NCBI GenBank assembly: GCA_965603365.1
Contig: CBFDCR010000008.1
Span: 24,531 to 88,530 of the forward strand
Source of the DNA: an uncultured bacterium
GTDB taxonomy: Bacteria; Acidobacteriota; Aminicenantia; UBA2199
DNA: 64,000 bases
Direction of reading: 5' to 3'
Shown here: positions 27,945 to 35,600 of the stretch, piece after piece
How the letters are laid out: each line of letters opens with the position of its first letter
Position numbering within the stretch: the stretch's first letter is position 1
Program-made: the position numbers and the translations under genes
The notes under the pieces: generated by a model
Databases searched by the model: none
The model's input: the letters and a program-made list of their open reading frames with translations, nothing else
Told to the model about the DNA's origin: nothing

Positions 27945-29156
27945 TTACCTCTCCAATTTTTTTTTGATATATCCCCCAACCTCTACTTCTTCACCAACAG
28001 TGCCGATATCGACATCCATTGAAGTATCACGGCTTCGATGCTCATCATTTTTGATTTCAGTATTGATTGCTATTTCCTCCCCAATTATCACTCCTCCTCC
28101 AACCTTTCCTATTTTCACTTTCATTTTACTTCCTTTTTTTTCAGAACTGTTAGATTCGTTTTCATCATCTCCATTTTTTCTTATCAGTTTTACTGAAACC
28201 TGTCCGTCTTTGCATTTGTTGAGGGCTCTGTCGAATTCATGGCGGTCGTCAAAGTAGGTTCGCAGATATATGGTACCTTCGGCTTTTTGGACATCAAGTT
28301 GAAAGGCCGAATATCCAATATAATAAGATCTGCCTTTGTATAGACAGCCGCTCTGGATCAATAGGGTTTGGTTGCCGAAGTTCTGGACCAGTTCCAGGTT
28401 GGGGTCGTGGAGGTGGCCACAGAAGATGAGATCGAATTCCCGGTAGAGCATTTTTTTGGCATCGCCGAGATCATATTCGCTGAGCCAGTCTAAGGCGTGA
28501 TGAAACAGGGCAATCTTAATATTACAATCCTTGATGTCCTGGAAGGCATCATAAATCTGGCGTTCGCCGATTAAAAGTTTGCCGTTATCATAGCCGTCGG
28601 CTTTGCCGGTGGCCCGCCAACTGGAGTTCAGGCAGGCGATGCCGATTTTGGCGGAGTTTTTTTGGAGTATATGGGTGGAAAATAATTTGTTGGAAGTGAT
28701 CGTGTGCGTTGAGTGAAATTGACTTTTAAAGGCGTTGAAGTGGTCCAATCTTTCGATATGGGGAAAATCTTTTTCGATCTCTTTGTCTAAGAAAGCATTC
28801 AGGGTCTCACGGTCGATCAGTGCCGTTCTTAGACCCTCTTCGGTGATGGAGTCGATTGCTTTCATCTGCATGTCGTGGTTGCCGGGGACGATGAAAAATT
28901 CGTTCCTGGTCAGCTTCGTTTTTTGCAATAGGGGATCGATAAAGACTTCGTAAGCTCTTTTAAAATCGTCTTTTTTGTCTCCAATTTTTACCAGGTCGCC
29001 GGTGAAGAGGATGAGGTCGATGTTTGGGAAGTGGTCCAGGTCTTTCCACAGGGCATCTAAGACGATTTGGGTGTCTTTGGGTTTTGAACTGTCGTAGTGG
29101 AGATCGGAGAGGTGGAGAATGTTTATCTCCGATGTTTTGGTCTTATTATCTGTCAT
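27945..29156 (-). CDS. Calcineurin-like metallophosphoesterase (copy B) with C-terminal two-repeat Gly/Val/Ile motif
   Basis: Same five MPE motifs as copy A; AGGAGG SD; last 59 aa contain two 18-aa pseudo-repeats. Confidence 0.88.
   Translation of the reverse strand: MTDNKTKTSEINILHLSDLHYDSSKPKDTQIVLDALWKDLDHFPNIDLILFTGDLVKIGDKKDDFKRAYEVFIDPLLQKTKLTRNEFFIVPGNHDMQMKAIDSITEEGLRTALIDRETLNAFLDKEIEKDFPHIERLDHFNAFKSQFHSTHTITSNKLFSTHILQKNSAKIGIACLNSSWRATGKADGYDNGKLLIGERQIYDAFQDIKDCNIKIALFHHALDWLSEYDLGDAKKMLYREFDLIFCGHLHDPNLELVQNFGNQTLLIQSGCLYKGRSYYIGYSAFQLDVQKAEGTIYLRTYFDDRHEFDRALNKCKDGQVSVKLIRKNGDDENESNSSEKKGSKMKVKIGKVGGGVIIGEEIAINTEIKNDEHRSRDTSMDVDIGTVGEEVEVGGYIKKKLER
28008..28972. repeat. Direct repeat copy 2 (965 bp), matching 19851-20815
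   Basis: See copy 1. Confidence 0.93.
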
Positions 29157-29197
29157 TTTTTGCCTCCTGAAGTTTGGTGGGGGGAGAGAAGGAAGGG

Positions 29198-29234
29198 GCC
29201 AGGCCCTCCAGGGGGGGCCTGGGAAGGGCCTGGC
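29198..29234. terminator. GC-rich hairpin (possible terminator or REP-like element)
   Basis: GCCAGGCCCT-CCAGG-GGGGG-CCTGG-GA-AGGGCCTGGC: 10-bp plus 5-bp stem. T-rich run only on the + side. Confidence 0.45.
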
Positions 29235-29285
29235 TTTGTTGGGTTTGTTCTTTCCCCCTTTAATATAAATATCATGGGTCTCCCT

Positions 29286-31451
29286 TTATTTGTCTATTGT
29301 TTGTTGGATTTCATCGAGCAGGGGGGCTACTTTGTCTTCGGCTGAGACTTCCCGGGCTTTGGTCTGGATGAGGGTGTACATTTTGGTGACGGTGGCTTTG
29401 GGGGTTTCGGGGGCGAAGTTGCGGAGGATCTTGGCGAGGCGAACGACTTCGGCGGGGCTCATGACTGTTTTTTCGTTTACGATTTCGCTGGTTTTCCGGA
29501 AGTTGGGCTGCTTTTTGAAGAAGCGCTGGCTCTCCCGTTTGGCGGCGATCAGGTCGTAGTGGGGTTTGAGGACCGGGTTGTTGACGGCGGCGGCGATGAT
29601 CTCGTTGCCCTTTTCCAGGTGCTCGCCGCCGATGGCTAAGGCCAGGATGGTGTCGGGGTTGGAGAAGATCCTGAGGGCGGCCCTGGCGTGGTCGTCGTCT
29701 TTGGGCGGGGTGACCATCAGGCCGGCGCTGCCGGCAATCCTGATTTGGACCCCTTCGAAGTCCCAGCGGAGCTCCAGCAGGACGCGGTAGTAGCCGGAGG
29801 TGGGAAACAGGGGGCCTTCGGTGCCCCACAGCAGGGTGACCGAATGGCTGAGGAAGTCGGCCGGCTGGAGTTCCTGGGGCATGACATCGCGGGTGTAGCG
29901 GATGATGGTGGCAAAATCCTGGGCAGAACCCAGGGGATCTATTACCCGGCCGGACACGTGACCGGTCTTCATGCTGAGGCTGCCGGGCACCAGTCTGGGT
30001 TTATCGGAGCGGTTGGTAAGGGTGAAATTGATGCGCACCGGTGCGCCGATGGGTACGATTTCGTGCAGCGGCGAGACGCGGAGTTCCAGGCCCTCGGCCT
30101 CCACCACCTCGTCCCGGACATTGACCGGCAGGCGGTCGTGGGGAGTGCCGAAGGAGACGCCGCCGGGACGGATGGCGATATCCGGCAGGTGACAGAGCAG
30201 CCGGATATCCCTGGGGGAGAAGGACCACTCGACATTGTGGGGAAACCGCTGCGGCGGTGCGGCGTTGTGGGCGATCTGGACCGTCTTCTGCATGATGTAG
30301 TTTTCGTAGGGGTTGTCGGGATGGTAGAGCATCATGGCGTGGCCGATCTCGTGGATGGCGGTGCGGATGTAGGGGATCTGGCATTCGCCAAAAGGTTTTT
30401 GTTTGCACTCGCCCCAGCACGCCTCATCGGGAAAGACCACCTGAGAGGCGATGGCTGCACCCTCACGGGGGATGTCGTTGACGCCGCTGATGGTGTTGTC
30501 GTACATGACGCCGAAGGCCTCGTCGTCCAATTTGCGCACCGCCAGGAGATGGTAGTGCCACTGCTTATCCAGGTCGACGGTCTCCCGGTATTTTAACATC
30601 TTCTGGTGCAGCTCGGCATTGGACCAACTGTAATCTTCTGGTTCTTCCACGTCGTCATTGCTGATATTGACGCTGACCTGCCAGCCGGCCCCATGAAAGA
30701 CCGCTTCCCAATGGCCCTGGTGTTTATCGTAAGGAGAGTTGGCCGCCGGGACCCGGTCGATCTCGATCACCGCCTGGCGCAGGTAGGGGGAGATGCGGAC
30801 CATCATCAGTTGTCCCAGCACGATACCGGAGCCGGTCTGGATGTCGCCGCGCCAGTAGTGGATGCCGTCGGGGCCGGTGGAAAATTTGACGGCGGCGCTC
30901 AGGGGATCGCCCCGACCCCAGGTACGGCGGGCATAATCGAACCGGTAGGGTTCCATCTCCAGTACGATACTCTCACCCCCCCCGGGTTCCTGGCACAGGC
31001 GGGTGACCCGCAGGTAGTAGGCGTACTGCTGGCGGGGAAATACGGGGATATCGTGGTGGCGGTCATCCTGGTCTGAGAAAGAGGGGCAAAAGGTGGGGGA
31101 CTGGCAAAAGTCCTTTTTGTAAAGGTCGCCGCTGGCCATCATGGCGGCTCCGCTGCGCTGGATGCGCAGGCTGCCTTCGTATTGAAACCGGGCAGGGGTA
31201 TGCAGCGAGGTGGGGATTAGGCGGATGTAGTAGCAGCCGCCGGGCAATACTTTCGGCTGCGAAGCCCTGGCGGAATCCTGGGTCGATTGATCCGGCGGCG
31301 GCATGTCCAGCGGCTCGGGCAGGGGCGGCAGTCCGCTGTCGCTGCCGCGGATCTTCCGTTCGCCGCTGGCCGTTAACACATCATGATAATTTTGATTGGC
31401 CGACTCTGTCGACTCACCGGTACAACCGTTTAAACACTGTTCGTCTTCCAT
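29286..31451 (-). CDS. Metzincin-like zinc metallopeptidase domain protein
   Basis: HEIGHAMMLYH (HExxHxxxxxH) and downstream NYIM Met-turn; no signal peptide; AGGAGG SD. Confidence 0.7.
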   Translation of the reverse strand: MEDEQCLNGCTGESTESANQNYHDVLTASGERKIRGSDSGLPPLPEPLDMPPPDQSTQDSARASQPKVLPGGCYYIRLIPTSLHTPARFQYEGSLRIQRSGAAMMASGDLYKKDFCQSPTFCPSFSDQDDRHHDIPVFPRQQYAYYLRVTRLCQEPGGGESIVLEMEPYRFDYARRTWGRGDPLSAAVKFSTGPDGIHYWRGDIQTGSGIVLGQLMMVRISPYLRQAVIEIDRVPAANSPYDKHQGHWEAVFHGAGWQVSVNISNDDVEEPEDYSWSNAELHQKMLKYRETVDLDKQWHYHLLAVRKLDDEAFGVMYDNTISGVNDIPREGAAIASQVVFPDEACWGECKQKPFGECQIPYIRTAIHEIGHAMMLYHPDNPYENYIMQKTVQIAHNAAPPQRFPHNVEWSFSPRDIRLLCHLPDIAIRPGGVSFGTPHDRLPVNVRDEVVEAEGLELRVSPLHEIVPIGAPVRINFTLTNRSDKPRLVPGSLSMKTGHVSGRVIDPLGSAQDFATIIRYTRDVMPQELQPADFLSHSVTLLWGTEGPLFPTSGYYRVLLELRWDFEGVQIRIAGSAGLMVTPPKDDDHARAALRIFSNPDTILALAIGGEHLEKGNEIIAAAVNNPVLKPHYDLIAAKRESQRFFKKQPNFRKTSEIVNEKTVMSPAEVVRLAKILRNFAPETPKATVTKMYTLIQTKAREVSAEDKVAPLLDEIQQTIDK

Positions 31452-31466
31452 TTTTAAAACCTCCTG

Positions 31467-31937
31467 TTATGTTTCCCCGGGTGATTGGGCCGGCCATTGG
31501 TCGTCATCGGCAACGGTAATATAGTCTTCGGTTCTGGGGCGGATGAAGGGGGACTGACTGGGGATGGTCATCTTGAGTTCCCAGGTGGGCGGGCCCGGCG
31601 GGATGCGCAGGAGTGTGCGCCCGCCCTGGTGGAGGAGGGTGGCTTCGCCGATCAGGGAGAAGCGGAAATCCAGGAAAGCGGGCAGATCCAGGACGCAGTA
31701 ATGCCGCAGGTGACCGGGACCGCTCACCACCGAGATGTGCAGGTAATCGTCTGCCTCCGCCGGTTTGATGCCGCGGGTGAGGGAACTGTTGGAACTGATA
31801 ATGTGGGCGCTGCGGTTGGCGTGATGGTAGACATTGATATCCCGCTTCTCCTTGACCAGTCGGTTCTGCACGGTGATATCGATGGCTGCCGCTGCCGATG
31901 GTTTGACCATGGTTTCATCTCCCGGGAATTCGTTCAT
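31467..31937 (-). CDS. Hypothetical protein, paralog of 31960-32415
   Basis: Shares LPxxxDFxFS and RTLLRIPPGPPTWELKM motifs with the neighbouring gene. Confidence 0.7.
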   Translation of the reverse strand: MNEFPGDETMVKPSAAAAIDITVQNRLVKEKRDINVYHHANRSAHIISSNSSLTRGIKPAEADDYLHISVVSGPGHLRHYCVLDLPAFLDFRFSLIGEATLLHQGGRTLLRIPPGPPTWELKMTIPSQSPFIRPRTEDYITVADDDQWPAQSPGET

Positions 31938-31959
31938 TTTTCATCCACGCTGTCCTCTT

Positions 31960-32415
31960 TCAGGTGTCCTGTTTCTGGATAACGATTTCCCTCCTGGCAG
32001 TCTGGACCCGGCGGGCAATCTCCTGGGTATCCTTGTCCAGATCGCGATTTTCCTTTACCAGCCAATCGGCAAATTGAACGGCATATTTACTGAATCTGTC
32101 GCCGCTCTCATCCTCGCCGGCGGATACCGGGTTGCCGGTGGGATCGGTAGGCGAAGGACCCGGCGAATTCATGACCTTTAATTTCCATTGGGGGGCGGAG
32201 GGCGGCACCTTGATAATGGTCCGGGTATCCCGAATCTCTATAGAAGAGATCGGTATCCCTTTACCGTTTTCCGTTACCGAAGAGAGCTGCAGATCGCATG
32301 ACAGCGGCAGGGTGACTTTGAACTTGCCGGTGTCGAGATCATCCAGGATGATTTCCAGGGGATCGCTCCCCACCCCTCTTTCGTCGATTACCACATTTCC
32401 CTTTTGTTCAGACAT
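31960..32415 (-). CDS. Hypothetical protein, paralog of 31467-31937
   Basis: LPLSCDLQLS and RTIIKVPPSAPQWKLKV; GGAGG SD. Confidence 0.7.
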   Translation of the reverse strand: MSEQKGNVVIDERGVGSDPLEIILDDLDTGKFKVTLPLSCDLQLSSVTENGKGIPISSIEIRDTRTIIKVPPSAPQWKLKVMNSPGPSPTDPTGNPVSAGEDESGDRFSKYAVQFADWLVKENRDLDKDTQEIARRVQTARREIVIQKQDT

Positions 32416-32480
32416 TTGTTACCTCCATTGTTAATTTTTTTAACCGTTTTCCATGTTTCCATGTCCCACGATCTGGCGCT

Positions 32481-32546
32481 ATTGTAGCGGAAGCGGAGGC
32501 GGGGAATCTATCACATATGATAAAAATACTATAAAAATGGATAAAA
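32481..32546 (-). promoter_or_regulatory. Putative activator-dependent promoter with TTTTATC direct repeats 21 bp apart
   Basis: GATAAAA at 32519-32525 and 32540-32546 (+ strand); minus-strand -10 TACAAT at 32481-32486; poor -35. Confidence 0.45.
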
Positions 32547-32583
32547 TTTCAGAAGTTTAAGAATCCGGGACTTATTTCCCCAA

Positions 32584-32615
32584 TCATTCCATTATTCCAA
32601 CATTCCAATATTCCA
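32584..32615. repeat. 4 x 8-bp repeat (NNATTCCA)
   Basis: ATTCCA at 32586, 32594, 32602 and 32610. Confidence 0.7.
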
Positions 32616-32622
32616 GGCCTTG

Positions 32623-35600
32623 CTATATCGTTGCCTTTCCCAGGTAGACGGAGGGGAGTCGGTGAAACTTTTCCCGGAAACACCTGGTAAAGTAGGCGGA
32701 GCTGGAGAAACCCACTTCAAAGGCCACGTCGGTGACGGTGCCGAAGTTGGCTTCCAGCAACCTTACCGCCCGTTTGAGGCGGTAGGAGCGGATAAAATCG
32801 GTGGCGGTCTCGCCGGAGAGGGCCAGGATCTTCTTGTTCAGGGTGACCCGGCTGATGTCCATCTTCTCACTTAAGGCCTCCACGTTGAGATCGGGATCGG
32901 ACAACTCTTTTTCTATGATTTTATGCAATTGTTTCAGGAAGCGCTGGTCGATGGAGGAGATCTTGATCTCTTCGGGCTGCAGCAGCATCTGCCGCTGGAT
33001 CTTCTCCTGCAGTTGGCGGCGCAGGTCGATGAGATTTTTGATACGGCTGAGCAATAGCCTGGTATTGAAGGGTTTGGTGATGTAATCGTCGGCCCCGGTC
33101 TCTAAGCCCTGGATCTGGCTGCCCTGGGAGGCTTTGGCGGTGAGCAGGATGATGGGGATGTGGCTGGTCTTAAAATCGGTCTTGAGTGTCCGGCACAGTT
33201 CGTAACCGTCGACTTCGGGCATCATGATGTCGCTGACGATGAGATCCGGCATGGCCTCGAGGGCCTGATGAATTCCGGCGCGGCCGTCTTCGGCCTCCAC
33301 CACGGTGTAGCGGGATTCGATGGACTCGCGGATGAACCGGCGCATCTGGGGGTTGTCCTCCACCACCAGCACGGTGGGGCGGCCGGTATCCTGACGGCTC
33401 TCCCCACATTCGCCGGGGATCTCTTCTTCAAGCACGGCTCCCGCCTGTATTCGTTCGTAGCCCCCGGTTCCAGGGGATTCTGCGGCGATGTCGTCGGGCT
33501 GGAGGTGGGCTTTTCCCAGGGGAAAGCGGAGGATAAATTCGCTGCCGCTGTCTTCGCCGCCCTCCTTGCTGTGGACGTCTATCTTGCCGTGATGGAGGGC
33601 CACCAGTTCCCGGGTCAGGGCCAGGCCGATGCCGCTGCCGCTTCTCTTGTGTTTCCGCCGGTAAGACTCATGGGACTCTACCTGGTAGAAGCGGTCGAAA
33701 ATATGGGCCAACTGTTCTTTGGCAATGCCGATGCCGGTATCCCGCACCGAAATTTCCAGTGAGCCGGCGGGAAAGTCCTCTCCCGGCTCCATGACCTGTT
33801 TGACCGAAACGACGATGTCTCCCCCGTCGGGGGTAAATTTGACGGCATTGGAAAGGAGATTGCCGAATATTTCTTCCATCTTTTCGGCATCGAAGTAGAG
33901 GGTAATGGGCTCGGCCGGGCCCTGGAATCTCAGGTTCAGTCCACTTTGCCGGGCCAGGTGCTCGAAGGAAGAGAGGATGCCTCTTAAAAAAGAGACAATA
34001 TCCTGGGGCGCGGCGGTAAGCTTCATCTTGCCGCTGTCGATGCGGGAGAGATCCAGCAGCCGGTTGATGAGGGTGAGCAGGCGGTGGGCGTTTTGGTGCA
34101 TAAGGTCGAGCCTGTTTTTGGTCTCCTCCGGTAGATGACCGGAGAGCAGGCGCTCCAGTGGGCCGATGATCAGGGTTAAGGGGGTGCGGAACTCATGGGA
34201 GATGTTGGCGAAGAACCGGGACTTGGCATGATCCAGTTCTTTCAATTTTTCCGCCTGGTCTATAAGCAGGCGGGTCTGTTTTTCCAGTTTTTGGTTCTTT
34301 TCATGGATCTCCCGGGCCCGTTCTTTGACCACCTGTTCCAGTTTTTGTTTTTCCAGTTTCAGCTTCATGGAGCGCCACCTGACCGATAAGAACACGGTCA
34401 GGAAGAACAGCAGTACATAGAGCACAAAGGCCCACCAGGTGAGATACCAGGGGGGACGGACTTTGAAGCGGAATATTGCTTCGCGGCTTAGAAGGCCGTA
34501 CACGTTGCGGGCCGATACCCGGAAGGTGTAGGTACCGGCGTCCAGGTTGGTGTAGTCCACCTGGTTGGCCCGCTGCCAGTCGGACCAGTGGCGGTCGTAG
34601 CCCTCCAGGAGACAGCGGTACCGGGTCCGGCTCTCGTCCTCGAAAAAGGGGGCGGCGAACTCGAAGCGAAGGTTCCTGTTTTTATAGTCAAACACCGGCA
34701 GGGGATGTGAAGCTGCCGGGGCAATACGGAAGTCGTGAAATTGAGGGGCACCGTTTACCGATACCCGCCGGATGACGGCATAATACTCCTGTTCATAATC
34801 TTTGGTTACACCCGGGCTGTAACGGATTAATCCCTCATGACTGGCAAACCAGGTCACCTTATCCAGGGGGTCGGGGTAGATGTCATTGACCTGGGCACTG
34901 ACAGGAATCCGGGCCAGTGGTTTCTCCTCTACGGCATAGGTGTGGTTTGGTTGAAGGACGGCCCGGTAATTCTGGCCGTTGGCATGAAGCCAGATGGAAC
35001 GCTGCCGGTCTTCCCTGACCCGGAAGACCTTGCGCAAACCGCCGGAGAACTCCTTGCCCAGGGTGTCGTCCGCTGTCATCGTGTCTTTCTCGTCGTCGTA
35101 ACGAAACACCCCGTTGGCGGTGGCAAACATCACATGCCCACCGGCCCAACAAACCTGTATCTCACCGGGGGGAAGTTTTTGGGCGGCACCGTACCGGGTA
35201 ATACGGTAATCCGAAGTATTGCCGATGCCGGCAAAATCGACTTTAATCACCCCCGAGGGCAGGACCCCCAGCCACAGACGCCCCTGCCGGTCTTCGGCGA
35301 TGGAGCGAACTTGCTGGTCTACCTCTTTATATTGATACTCTACCGGCCAGCGAATCTCAGCCCGATTGGGATCTCGATACAGCGCGATGAGGGTATCCCG
35401 CATCCCCGCCCATATACGGTTTGGGTCTTGCCTGGAGCGGTGCAAAACGAGGGCGTGGATTCCGCTGATATCCCGGATGCTGCTGCCTTCGATCTGGAAA
35501 ATCCCGACATCGGTGGCAGCCAGCAGCGATTTATCGGTGGAGAGCAGAGACCAGCACGCACTGGCTATGCCGGCAACAGGCCTGAATTTATCCTCCGCTG

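Noticed and set aside
19851-28972. Composite transposon
   Set aside because: The flanking repeats are internal parts of MPE genes, with no transposase, terminal inverted repeats or target duplication.
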